Numbered from the stretch's first letter, positions 23,625 to 36,938 are shown. The stretch: DNA of 47,879 nucleotides from Hyphochytrium catenoides (GCA_900088475.1 FLMG01002084.1:1-47879), one strand, 5' to 3'. Numbers and translations: made by a program. The notes: a model not told the origin generated them from the sequence alone.

Positions 23625-26600
23625 CTACGTGAAGCGCACCACGCCTGCTCTCTTGGTGTTCTCCAATGATATCTTGTGCCCGAAGAGGTCTCTAATGTTG
23701 CTAATCTTATACTTAATCATTGTCGGCCGCTCCAGAGAAAGACCCCACGCAATCACATTCACGTCTTCCGGGAGACCCATGGGCCGAACCATCTCCGGCC
23801 GGAAGATGCCTGTAGATGCCAGAGAGAGAGAGAAAGAATAAACAGATGTGATGGATCGAAGATGTGAGACGACATATGGGACATCAAAGGAAGAGGCTAA
23901 GCTATCTCTCCTGATTTTTATGGCGCTCTGTCTTCTGGCTCTTCACTGGCTTCTAAATCCCCGCATCACACTCACTTCCTCTATCTCCTTTCCCACTCGT
24001 CTCGTCACCTTACCTGAGTTTCCTAGCTCCATCCATTTCTTCAACTCGTTAGAGTAACCAAAGATCTCCATGGAAGGCTCGGTGTACGGGTTGTATGCGG
24101 GCTTGAAACGGAGCTCGGTGATCCCAGTCTTTGCGAAAAAAGTCTGAATGGTACCAATCAAGTCTCCGAGGGAGAGATTGTAGTCCGCTACCAGCCCTTC
24201 AACCTTAAGGACCGATGAGAAACAGAGAAAGAGGAGAGAGATAGGACGTGCAAAGGAGAGGGTGAAAGGAAGATTGAGGGGTGAGATATTATATGTATAT
24301 ATATAGAGAGAGAGAGAATGACAAACAAAGTATAAGACAGAGGACACGGATGAAGCGGAGGAGAATAGGGAAAAGACGGTTCACGACGCAATGGCGACTG
24401 TTCAACATGCATACCAGCTGGCAGCCTTAAGGGGGGCAAAGGCTATGAAAGAGAACATGACATGGGGAACAGCGGCACACCACCTCCTCACCTGGTGGAA
24501 CTCGGCCAAATGGGTGGCATCCATCGTCTCGTTTCTAAAGACTCTATCGATACTGAAGTACTTCTTAGGAGTGAAGCCTCCGGGTTGCTAAGTTCAAATC
24601 AAAAGAGAGACTTGTCAAAAGACAACGACAGCAGCTGTGCAAGGAAGCCAATTCGAGCGAGAAGAGAGAGAAAGGATAATGCAGGAGAAAGGACACTAGG
24701 AGGGCTGCTTGACAATAGGAATGGAACACGTTTCGTAGAGTGCGTTGCGCGTGAAAGTCAGATGAGATTTCCAGCTTACGTTTGCGAGCTTGTACAGCAT
24801 CTGAGAGGAAATGGCGGTCGTGTGCGTCCTCAGAATATTCTTGGTCGCCTCTTCCCGCTTGAAAGGAGTCTGATATCTGGACAGGAAGGGAACAGGGTGT
24901 TAGATCCTTAACAGCTTTGGCCTCGCGCGTCCACGGGAAAGGCGCTTCGAGTAAAAGGAACAGAAAACCTAATCAGAGCCTGCTTTTCTTACCCTATCGA
25001 GCCATATCCTCCTTCCTCGTGGACTCTCTTCACTCTCTCATAATAGTCCTCGGGGAAGCTGATGCAGTGCTCTGGCTCTGTATAAAGAGAAAGCGTGCAG
25101 AAAGAGAGACGCAGCCAGAGAGATGAGATGATTCGTAACCACTAGCCTGAGGCACTTGACAATGTACGAAACAGAAACAGGGAAAAAGAGCATTGTAAAC
25201 AAAATAAGGCTAGAAGGTTCTTAGACGGCTGTGGCTAGATGGTTCCTTACTTTTGAGGAAAAATGTATCGTGCGCGTCTCTGGCTGGGTGGCTTTGCGGC
25301 TGGAATAAAGAGTCGAAGTTCCAGAAACTACTTTCTACCCAGCGTTGGGTCGGCATCTCCTCAAACCTGTACCGTACGTAAGAAAGAAGTTAAAGTCTCT
25401 AGTTGCCGAACTCCATGCCACCTTTTGTCATCCAACTCCCCGTTGCCTCTCTTGCTCTCCTTGGGATGTGCCCTACTCTGTCACATTTCCTTTCAGCAGT
25501 ACTTACCCCATCTCCATCAGGATTCTTCTGAACTCTGCTCGAACCTTCATCAAAGGATGAAGATAGCCACCGCCCACCTCTCGGCCAAGCGTCTTCAGAT
25601 TATACTCCTTGAACTTTGAATCTTTCCAGCTGCCACTGAGAGAGAAGACACCATTGAGGAACCCGGAATATAGGCAGCATTATTGATTAGGCGTCCGGGA
25701 AAAGACGAACGGGAGGTATAGGGCGGTAAAGCGGCCGAGATAGGTCACAAAGTACGCTCATCGTTCACGTTATGACGGGTGTGCTAAGTGGAGGTAGCAG
25801 TCTAGGCAGAAGGCAGTGGCCGCGGATGATCTGGAGCGCGAGAGATAAGTGCACAAAAGGCAAGCCGTAACTCAAGAGCTGGAGCTGCCGGCCGTGCTAA
25901 GAAAGATGGAGATAGGAGACACGACGTCGAGGAGTGATTGAGAGACATGGGGACCAGAAGCTCCATACTTGTCAAGCATTTCCTTGGTCAGATCTGCAGG
26001 CTGTTTCTTTCTTTCCAACGAAAAGTTGGGACCCTTCTTCACCGCATAGCCTTTCCGAGTCCTGTAGCAATATGTGAGGAAAGCTGACATAAGTGACCCC
26101 GACTTTGTAGGGAACAAGACTCTTTTCTAGCAGCCATTGACGAAGTCCTCTTCCTCTACTTCTCCTTGATGTGTCTCTCTCTCTCATAAGCCGTGCTCCT
26201 TTGAATGTTGGTCCTAGCTACTTACACTAATGTCACCATCTGTCTTCGCTTAAGAGTCTTTGCTTGCTCCCCATTGAGAGTATTTGGGTCGCCTCCTGAG
26301 ACCTTCAGTCGCTTAAGCAACTCAGCAACCTCGTCCACTACATCCTTCGTCTTGATGCCATGGCAGTGGGATCCATGAGCAAATAAGCATGAGGGAGGAA
26401 GAAGAAAGTAAGTAAACATGGGAGAAATGTTGGCAACGGTCAGCACCGAACAAGTGCATCTAAGGAAGACACAGTTTCCGATCGGTAAGACTAAGCGTCA
26501 AGGGTTATCAAGAAGTTGAGCGGTAAAACTGCCCAAGGACTCGCAAGATCAGGGCATCCTCCACGAGGAGTACGCCGAGGAAGTGAGAGATGGACCAGGA

Positions 26601-27180
26601 AGAAGGGGGCAAGCAGCGCAGCGAGAAGGAAAACCATCCATCTTCCGCCGAAAGACTCTACGCTTGCTATACCTGGGGGTAAACCTTCTTCTCTGTCTTC
26701 TCAAGCTTGAGCCATTTGTTCTTCATACATTCATTGTAGCCAACCTTGTGCACCGCCTTTCCTACGCTGGCTTCCACGGACTGAGAGAAAGGAAGAGCTT
26801 AGCAGAATGGGGATGGAGAGAGCACAGTAGACACTTGAGAAGAGTGCGGGAAACCATCTATCAACGGAGAAAGAAGGTACGAATAGTGGGGCATTCACCG
26901 GGAGCTGTGAGAGAGACAGTCCTTCCGCCGGAATGGCCTTGAAAACCCGGACTTCAGGTGATCCCTTCTCCACCACCTCCTCTCCTTCTTCTGTGAGCGC
27001 GTAGGAGGAGCTGGAGATAGGGTCAGCAACGACATACTGGTCGACCAGGAGAGATTTGATGACGCCAACTAGAGCCGTATGTGGCTGCCCGAGCTTCTCC
27101 GCAAAGGAGAAAGAGTCAGATATTTCACCCTCCTTTTGCAGAGTGGTAAGGATTGCCTTCTCAATATCAACTTCGGCCAT
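23625..27180 (-). CDS. FARSA: Cytosolic phenylalanyl-tRNA synthetase alpha subunit, 11 exons
   Basis: Spliced motifs [129 protein letters not shown]. Stop TAG at 23625-23627. Confidence 0.97.
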
Positions 27181-27789
27181 CCTTGCGAAGCCACCGGTGC
27201 AGCACTTTGCTCTGACACTCCTGCACTGGTGGTCTCGTGCTCCTCGACAGCACTAACCAAGCAGACAGAGAGAGCTTCTTTCCGTGATTGTGTCTCTCTC
27301 CTTTTCTTGTCTGGCAAGCGCGTAGGGAGGAAGACCGGACGGTGATGGATGCAGATGAAGAAGATCTTCCAATAATTGTGAAGCTTTTTGTCTTCAGCTT
27401 CGGTCTTCCGCGCCTGCTCTTGAGGTCGGAGCTCAACATTATTGCGATGATCGATGGACAAGACAGAGTAGGATAGAGAGATTGGCACTACGGAAAAAGA
27501 GATAGGACATATTGTGGGGGACTAGTTTTTTCTAGGTGCGAAGAGATGTTAGGTCAAGCGAGACAGAGGGGAGAGAGATGCAGGAGAGACAGTAAGGGAG
27601 GGAGGGGAGAGGGAGGATTCAGGGTAAAGTTCCTGTGGCTGGTGGGAAATAAATCACAACCATCAAATATGGTGATAACCAATGTCTATTACAAAATGAT
27701 AACCGATAGAGGATATAAACTAGCCGTTAAGGGCTATTGATTCGTAAAGAGACTTGAAGACTCCTTGAGATTGATGAGCCGTTTCGGGG

Positions 27790-27929
27790 TGACAGAGGGG
27801 AGAGAGAGAAGCAGAAAAAGAGAGAGAGAAAGAGAGAGAGTGAGGGGCAGAAAAAGAGAGAGAGGGGGCAGAAAAAGAGAGAGAGAGAGAGCGAAAAAGA
27901 GAGAGGGAGAGAGGGGCAGAAAGAGAGAG

Positions 27930-27960
<31 letters not shown>

Positions 27961-28090
27961 GAGAGAGGGGCAGAAAGAGAGAGAGAGTAAGAGAATGAGA
28001 GGGAGAAAGAGAGTAAGAGAATAAGAGGAGGGAGAAAGAGAGAAAGAGAATGAGTAGAGGGAGAAAGAGAGAAAGAGAGAGAGGGAGAAC
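27790..28090. repeat. Compound (GA)n tract with a recurring GGGGCAGAAA unit
   Basis: GGGGCAGAAA recurs at about 27844, 27865, 27913 and 27967 inside GA runs. Confidence 0.85.
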
Positions 28091-29137
28091 GAACGCTCAG
28101 GAGGAAAGAGACAAGCGAAGGTAGAGAGAATGTCAGGGGGAAGCAGAGAAATGGGAGCTGAACAACAAGAAGGAAAGAAGCGAGGTCTGGGGCTGCAGTG
28201 GGAGGAGGAGAGATGGACGGAGGAAAGGATCTTATCCGACAACGCAAGCAGAAGCTACTCGCAGGCTTGGCCACGGTTAACCATTATCATCTCCTTCTGC
28301 CTCTTGATCGCCCGCCATCACCACACTCCTCGCCGCAGCTGTTGGAGGGAAGTGGGGGATGAAGAATGATCTTCTAGGACGAGCAACATTGGGGAACAGA
28401 CCAAGGGAGACGAGACGGCAGGACAAGGAAAGAGAAGGAGAAGGACCACATAGAAGATGATGATGGCGCCACCAGCGATGGAAGCAAACAGGCTTAGTAG
28501 ATGAATAAAGGGGAGAAGAAGAGAAGGTAAGGAGGCCGCCCTGCCGATAGATACTTCATGTGCATGCCTTGTCTTCTACAACTTCTATCCCTGCCGCCCA
28601 GGACATCTAATGAAAATGGCTCTCACTATAGCTCAGCTGTCCGCTGCAGCACTGGTCCTCTGCTTCTGGTGTCCGCTCCTGATGATCGCCTAGCTATTGG
28701 TCCGTTCCTTTGAGTGGCAGCATCAGTAGCTTCGTCCTCCATCCTCTCCATCCTCCTCCTCTCCTTCTCTTCTTCTCTCACCTAGCTTCTCCTATGTCTC
28801 TTGGTCTCTAAGCTTTCTGGCGCCTTGTTCAACGAACTCCTTTAGCTCTTACTGTCCACTCTGATAGGAAGATGAGCACTTAAAGACCAGCAGAAGGCCT
28901 GCTTGCTGCTAATGATCCAAAGGAGAGCGCCTTTAACTAGGGAATAATAAGCAACGTTGAGAGAGATGCTGAAAGCCATCCGGCTGCTTGCTTCAAGGAA
29001 AGAAGATAAAGGACAGGATCATGATAGACGAAAGTCCGAAGAGGTTAGTCATCAGGCGCGCTCCCCTATATCAGCCAAGGAAGGGAAGAGGGAGATGAGG
29101 ATATGTCAGTCCGAGAGAGCAAAGCTTATCTGACCCC

Positions 29138-32100
29138 ATGGTCCTACGGCAGAAACGGAAGCCCACGACGGCATCAGTCCCTTCTCTTGCGAGCGAGCTT
29201 TCTGATCAGGATGAAGACGACGACTTGGAGAGGGAAGAGAGCGAGCAGGAGGAGGACGGAGATGATGAAGAGCTTGAAGCTGCAGTATACGACGATCCAG
29301 AGATAAGGAAATCTGTGGAGGTAGGTAGCTACCGGGATGAAGAGATTAGGAGGTTTAGGAGACAGGGGCGCCGCTGCAGGCTGAACTGAAGCATTGGTCG
29401 CGCTCTTGCAAAGTAGATGGGCAGCCCCGGACGATATCGCACTTCGCATCGTCCTCAAACATGTAGAGAGTTAGGGAGCGGAGCATGCGACCTCATGAGC
29501 ATGGGACTTGCAGTCTCTCTACTCTCTTCTTTTTTATTAAACCCTCACCCTATGTGTGGTGGCGACTCCTCCCTGTCCTATCAACTTAGGGCTGGCTTAT
29601 TGCTGAGAGTCCGCGGACTCATCAGTTCTGGCGCCGGATAGACATCCGTCAGCTGAATAGAGTGCAGTTGACTGCCGTCATGGAGCACCTCGGTCGGTAT
29701 ATTGCACTTAATAAGCCTCTCATGAGTCTTCTTCTTCCTTCTGATGTTCTATCCACTTTTTCCCATTTTTTTACTTGTTTCCAACACCCTTCCTGTCATC
29801 ACGGCTGTCCCCTCTCCGGCCGGGCACATCTCTTTCTCTCTCTCTCTCCTTCTCTCTCCTGCTCTCCTCTCTCCAAATATTCCTACCAAGCCTTAGGCTT
29901 ATGTCTGAGCCTCTGACTAGCGCTATGTATTTTCCTCCAGATCTGCCGTGTGAAGGCCGAAAGACGGAGCTGATAGAGCGACTGCAGCAGTGGTTAGAGG
30001 AGACACCGCAGAAGGAGGGTGCAAAGAAAAGAAGAGAGGAAGAGGATGAGAGGAGCGAAGGTCAGATTGTGCTCATGTTTGTCCGTGCATCCTTTGCCTC
30101 TTCGTTGTTCCGTGCATCAGAAGAAGAGTAAATTCTGTGGACAACTCCTTTCCAGGCAATTACTTCGTCCATTATACCTCGTCCTTCATCGCCGCATGTC
30201 AACCACACGCGAGTCACATCTCTTTTCATCTCCTTTCTTTCTGCCTTCCTTCTGCTGATCCCCGCATTCAACAGCCTCAGGTACAGTCTTCTCCTTTGGC
30301 CGCAATGATCAGGGGCAACTTGGTAAGGAAGACACCGGGGAAAGTTTCTTCGCTAGAACATTTTTGCTTCTCCTATTGGCGCTCTATTACTTTCTTCTGT
30401 CCCGTCTGCTGAAGTCTGAATAGGACCTTGTCCACAGAATGGTGACACTTCTCTCTAACCAGCTTCAGCTTTTCGTCCGTCACTCCTACTCTATCTTCAC
30501 ACTTCTTCCCTTCTAGTTCCTCGGTCCTAGTCTTCTTGTTAGTTCTTGTCGCTATAATACTTGCGCCGCTGCTGCGTGCCTCTTATACTTCTCTTCTAAT
30601 GGTGTTGGCGCAATCTAACGTGTTGTTTTGCCATGACGAACCAGGTCTTGGCGATTTGACAGATAGATTGCGGCCAGAAGCAGTGAGCGCATTGACCGGA
30701 AAAAGAGTCCAAAGAGTGTTTGCGGTCGGTAGCATGAGAAAGGAGCGCAATCAATAGCTAACACCTCCCCGGGGTCGCCCCTGCTGTTTATGGCTTCGGG
30801 TCTTTTGCGGCTGTGCGTCCTATCTTCTTCCTTCTCCCCGGAGACGCACCCCTTTATCGCACTTATAGGCAGCTTCCTCCCTCGTTCTTGTTCTTCACCT
30901 AGCTTCAGAACTATTCCGTTCGTCTTTATCTAGGCTAAGGTACTGTCCTGTTAGGCCCAAGATGCAGCAGCGGCATGCGCGGTAACGGAAGCACACGAGC
31001 TCTACCAGTGGGGAAAGGCAGCTCAAAGGCCCACGAAGCAAGAGGTCGACGAGCGGAACAACAAGGAACAAGCTCATGAGGACGATGGGGAAGACTACTG
31101 TGAAAGAGATGAAAGAACAGAAGAGAGGAAGAAGTGCAATGCCTCCGGTGAGAGAAGCCTTGTCAATCTCTCCTGCCAGTCCGCGGATCATGAGCTAGAA
31201 GATCCGACGAGGCCTTTATTCGCGCTGCCGCTGTCTATCTCCTTCTCGCTGCGGAGAGGAGGAGTGGCGGAAGGAATAGCAGAAGTAGCGCTGTCGAACG
31301 TGAGATAATAAGCGCTGAAAGAGGCAATTAACCCTCCGAGGGATTGGTGTTTGACTCTGTTCACTTTGTTGATCCTTCTATGCCTCTTGCCATGGTGGCC
31401 CATTCGGCCTAAGTGTTCATTCTTTCTTCACTCTCATCTTTAACCACTCTCTTCCTCCTGAGCTTGCATCTCTGTGTCTCTCTCCCTCCTTCTCTCTTTC
31501 TTCTTCTTTATAGCGTCCGGATAATTTGTGTTCTCCTCCACTCACCTCTCTGGGTTTGCTCATCTTGTCCGATTTTAGGAGCGAGGGCATACTTTGGCGG
31601 TCACTACCTCTGGCCACTGCTTCGCATGGGGTTCCAATGACTGGGGACAGCTCGGCGTTAACACTACTTTGCAGGACAAAGAGGTAAGGCAAGCGCTGTA
31701 TGATTAGGGCTTGAAACCCAGAAAAGAATATAAGGGAAATGCATCAAAGATGCAAAATGGAGGAGACCTAGTAGAGGCAGTAACATCGGATCTTAGCCCG
31801 ACGACACTCTCGGTCTACTATGCTGACTAAGGTTACTGTCTGGCTGCCTGGGTAAATCTTCGTCATCTCCTCTCAGATCATAGCACGACAGGTTCTGCGG
31901 CTTGGCGGTCGAATATCCAGTGTGGCAGTCGGGCGGGCGCACAGCGTCGCCTTGACGTCACACGGGAAGGTCTTTGCTTGGGGTCAGACTTTAAGGTAAG
32001 GGATAGGAAGGAGAGGTGGAAAAACGACAGCTAGCGCCTTCTTCTTTCATTCCGTCCGTTGATGCTCCCCAGGCTCACTGATGCAGGGAGACAGCTCATT

Positions 32101-35100
32101 ACTCTTGTCTTACTCATTGCTCTTTCCTTCTGCTTCGCAATGACAGCGGCGCGCTTGGTGTGCAAGAAGTAGCAAGAGAAGGAATCAAAGACAAGAGACA
32201 AAGGTAAGAGCTTACGAACGATAGGAGGCGTCAGTGCATCTATCATTTTCGTCATCAGGAAGGGGAGGTACTCTGACCCAATGGAGGTTTCTGTTCCTCT
32301 TCCTCTTCTTGCCTTCTCCTCTTCACTATTTGTTTGCTATGGTCCTCTTCAAAACACCTCTCTACTATCTATTGACCGCTTAGCCGTAGCTCTCCCATCT
32401 TTTTTCTCGGGCTTGCTCCTCTTGCTTGCTGGCTGACTTTGCTCGGCATCTTGTTTTCCTTCCTTCTTTCTCGTTCGTTCCCACACTCCTCCAGATACTC
32501 ATGCGTGGTGCCGACGCCTGTTCTCGTCCTGCGAGGCGAGCTTGGGCCTCCTCTCTCTGTCCACCGAATCTCTTGCGGACCTTCTCATTCTGCGTGCATC
32601 ACGTCAGATGGGGAGCTCTTCACCTGGGGAAGTGCAGATGGCGGCAGGTCTCCCTTAACCTTCGCGCAGCTTCAACCTCGTTCTTCTCTCTCTTTCTCTG
32701 TTACCTTTCCTTCAGATCTCTCCTTCCCTTCCTTTCTTCTTCTTATATCTCTCTCGCTACTGAGTCGTCTGTCTGCAACTTTTGACCCGCGTTTACAATG
32801 ATTGTTGACTTCCGCTTTCTGTCTGCATTTCTGATTCTCGCCATAATACCTCTCACCTTCGTCTCTCCTTCTCTATAATAAAGGCTTGGGTTCACTCCTC
32901 CGGCGTCCCCTCAGTGGCAGCCTCGCCGTGTGCCTTATTTTGAAGGACTGAGAGTAATTGATATTGGCTGTGGGGCACAGTGCACGCTCTGCCTTGTACT
33001 CCCTTCTTCCTCCTCATCCTCTCTGGATCATCGTTCTCTTACTGGTGGGGCGGCGGCAGTATCATTTAGAGGCGCAGGATTATTTAGCGGTGACGGGGCT
33101 AACCATTCTGGTGGATGGGTACGTTCGTCTTCAGTTTTCTTCTCTCTGAGCGTAGGCGACTATCAGTATGCCTTCTATTCTCATTTCTACCGGGACTAAC
33201 GCCTTTACCTGGATGCTGCTTTCTGCTATTTCCTCCTATCACTCGCACAGACATTCTTTTTCTCTTTTCTTCCTCCAAATCTTTCCTTCCTATCTCGCTT
33301 ATTCTCTCTCTCCCCCTCTCTCTTTATTCTCCCAGGTCTACGCCTTTGGAACTGGCTCTCATGGCGAGGTATCTCACGACATTGAGCATTCTCTCTGCCG
33401 AATCACCTGTCTCACGAGTGTCGTTGAGTTCAGCATGACTTGCCTTCTTCGGTCTTATTTGGCTTGTTTAACCGGTCCTCCTTACCCTCTCTAGCGCATC
33501 TCTGCTACCCTTTCCTCGTGCTCATTATAATATCCTTATCTATTTTCTTGTGGTGAACAACGCCTGGCGGGTAATACACCGTTCTGAAGCTTGGACTGGG
33601 CCGATCTAGGATGTCCACATCCCAACCAGGTCCGTAGTTGATCATATCTTGTCAATGACCATGGCCCTTCGACTTCTCCTCTGTCTTCTTTCCCTATTCG
33701 TCCTCATTCTTGGACTCTCTTCTATGTCTCCGGGACGCTCCTGACGTCTGCAGAGATTGTCCTACTTCCACTTATTATCTCTTTGCCCCCTTTGTTGGTC
33801 TACCTCATAGAGTTACTTCAACGATTTGTCGCAAGTGGGACACGGGTCAAGCAAATCGCGGTGGGAGCAGATCATTGCGCAGCTATCTCAGCCTTGGGCC
33901 AGCAGGTAGGGACACAAAGGAACGAAGGCTGGGACCGATGGGACGGAAGAGAGAGGCCAAGCAAATAAAGCCAGCCGACGATCAGGTGAAGGAGAAGAGA
34001 GAGGGAGGGTGGGGGCAGAGAGCAGAGAGATGTGACAAAGTATGGATGTACCAAAGGATATCTGTTGCTGCTAGCGGGCAATAAAGCCTCGGCACACAGT
34101 CATTGAGGTCGCGGCATTTGACAACTGGTGGCTTGTTATGCTACGCCGCCGTTACTCTTACCTCGCAACTCTCGTCCGTATGTGATGTGTGAATAAAAAA
34201 GCTGTTTACATGGGGTAACAACGCCTGGGGAGGACTAGGACGAAAGACAAAAGATGTGATCGACGCTGAACCAGAGGTAACGTCATGCTTTGAGTTCTTC
34301 CCTGCTCAAGCTTGTTAGAGTTATCTGAGGTTGTTAGCGCAATTGAGATTAACTATTCGTTTCTCTCTCCTCTCTCTTCTATCCTTCCTATCTCTCTCTC
34401 TCTTTGTCAGGTCGTGCCACTGTCTGCCCTGGAGACGTCCTGGGCCCGTCAGGCGCCAGTAATATCCGTTGCATGTGGACACGGGTTCACTGTGGCTGCC
34501 ACGGTAAGCAACAAGGCCTGATCTTATACCGTCTCCCTCCTTTTTCACCGCCTCATGCTCCAAGTCTTTTGTCTCCCGACGATCAAAGCCGTACCTCCCA
34601 CTATTTCTTTCTTCTCCATTGTCGCTGCTAGGACTACTGTTCAGTGATTGAGCCTGTTCCGTTCTTCATCATGACCCAGAGCACCCAACCCGTTAGCCAA
34701 ACGTTCTCTCCACAACCTGGTGTTGTTGGCAGTTCTTGCTTGCTCTAGTGAACGTCTCTTCTTTCACACTTAGATCTTTTTATGGCCCGGCTGCTCACCA
34801 CTGTTGCCAATAACACTCTATAAACACTAGGGACAGTGGCAAGGGATGTCGAAAAGCTCTCACAACGCTTTAGTTAGCCAGTTGATGCAGGATGAGAAGT
34901 CAAGTCCATCCTCCATGCTCTCCTTTCAGGCAGAATATCGGCCTTTCTCCTCTTCTGTTCAGAGCGCTTCCACCGGCTTCACTCCTTTCCTGGCTTCCAG
35001 ACAGAGTGACAGAATGGCAACCGCGGCAGGCATTAGCAGAGGAGGGACAGCGACCTCTTCGTCACATGAAAGGAGAGGAGAGAGTAGAGCTTCTTCCAGC

Positions 35101-35427
35101 TATTCACAGCCCAGGCCGGGGCTGAACTCGGCGGGACAAGCCTCTCTGCTCTCCTATAAGTCCTCTTTGGGTCAACCGGAACACAACGGAGCAATTCAGG
35201 AAGAAAGACGACGAGCAAGGGAAAGGGTAGACGATACGCAAGGAACAGGAGATGAGGAACAGACTGGAGAAGACGAGGAAGATATCAGCCAATACTTCCA
35301 TCGTCCGCGATGCAGATTGGACAACTCTTGTCCTGGTTTTGAGCTCAACGGCCTGGCACCGACCGGCTACTTTCTATGTACGCACTGCGGCCATCGTCGA
35401 AGGGACCACACGGTCAAGGATACCTGA
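29138..35427 (+). CDS. RCC1-repeat (7-blade) protein with N-terminal acidic tract and SAP domain and a C-terminal Cys/His zinc-finger-like motif, about 17 exons
   Basis: Exons join in frame. SAP-like IDIRQLNRVQLTAVMEHL|DLPCEGRKTELIERLQQW. Blades VFSFGRNDQGQLG, LYQWGK, CFAWGSNDWGQLG, VFAWGQTLSGALG, LFTWGSADGGRLG, VYAFGTGSHGELG, LFTWGNNAWGGLG, with VAVGRAHS/ISCGPSHS/IAVGADHC/VACGHGFT. The last exon (34831-35427) ends CRLDNSCPGF...CTHCGHRRRDH. Confidence 0.88.
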
Positions 35428-36246
35428 TTGATGACAGGAGTCGCTGCTGGGAGAAAGTAAAGAGAAGACGGCAAAGGAGGAAGAGACGGGCCTGGGAGAA
35501 GTAGGTTTAAGAAAGTCTAACAAGGCCTAACTAGAATAACAATAAGAATAGAGTTCTCACAGCGTACTTCCTCCCCTTTGCTGGTTGGCTAGTGGTTGGG
35601 ATGGAGGAATGAAGGACTTCTCCATCCTCCGGATCAAGAGATGCTATTGAAGCGCATCATGGAGACGGGCAGGCTATCCCAACGAGCAACACACTGAGAC
35701 AGTAGAGCATACAAGTTGAGCAAACGATTGTGTCATCATCGAGTCATCAACTACCGACAGACACATCTTTCACTCTCTCTTCAAACCAATATAAGGGCTC
35801 AACGACGACCACATCCAGGTCCGTCGTCGTGTCATGAAGCTAATAAGATGACTCCCAGTTTAGCTTATTATGATGAGTGCTAACAGAAGATAGTAAAAGA
35901 GTCGCCTTCGCTTCCAAGAGGCCCAACATCATCTTCTAGTTGTGGACACAAGGAAGAATATCAGTCACAGACTTCCTTCTTATTCTGTTTCTCTATTTGT
36001 TGCTCCTTGCAAGGTCGAGCTTCGGTGCGTGCTACTCCACCAAATGTGGATCACTGGATTGTCAACAAGACAATTCTTCTTAGGCTTGCGGGCATGGCCG
36101 GCAGCAACTTTGCTTCCGCGGATACCGACGCTATTTGGAGAAGTGCGTTGACTTGCGTTCTATCTGAATGTGCATGTACTGATGTTTAGTTCAGAAGAGA
36201 AGTTTGGCTCATGCCGCTTCCTTTAGATAGCATCTATCCCCCACCG

Positions 36247-36938
36247 TCATGTTGGATGGTACTGCTTGTCGAATCTATGGATGGCCCAAGCCAAATCCTG
36301 TGCTGCAGCTTTTGCCTGTTCAATTCCTGCTGCCCCCCATGAGGGGTTCTCCATCACCTTTTTCAACGATTCCCAACGTTTGTCCATGTTATCGGACATA
36401 TGTGAAGTACACGTAGTGAGACTCCATCACCAGCAAGAGTGAGAGCTTCTTTCAAGTCCTTCCCGGCTTGCTGTAACCCCCGGACGGCTGGGATTAGTTC
36501 ATTGTTGAATGAGGACCTTACTCCATCCAGTGTCAGAGATTCAGACCTCAGCTTGTCCTCCATATTACGTATATGGAGAGTAGCCTCTTGCTCTTTCGTG
36601 AAAACATCATTCCACGCATCTTTGATTGCCCTCTCTTGACGTCTTCTTCTGCCGGGTATGCGGTTGCGCAGAAATGCCACGACTGCTCTCGTGGCCTTTG
36701 ATAGCCCCTTTCTGATAGGATTTATTACCGAGGTTCTTGTTGATGATAATTGTCCTTTACGGATGAAGGTTGGCCGCCAAGCAGCTTGTGCAGTCCTGAC
36801 CTCGAAAGAAGAGAAAAGAAGAGAAAGGGCAAAAAAGAGTAACAGCCACAAGGTATAGCGGTGTCTCCGGCAGCTAGTCGTAGCTCTTGGCTTTCTTCTG
36901 CTTCCTCCACTATCGTCTTGCGCTTTATAAGTGGTCAT
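36247..36938 (-). CDS. Hypothetical protein with signal peptide/anchor and helical coiled-coil-like region; 3' structure uncertain
   Basis: ATG 36938 opens MTTYKAQDD...RYTLWLLLFFALSLLFSSFEVRTAQA, followed by ~120 aa of amphipathic sequence. There is a probable short intron near 36358-36430; the stop is at 36320 or 36247 depending on the donor used. Confidence 0.55.

Noticed and set aside
29380-29462. Candidate extra exon in the RCC1-like gene
   Set aside because: Not needed: the donor at 29321 joins the acceptor at 29589 in phase 0, and the candidate's donors are weak.
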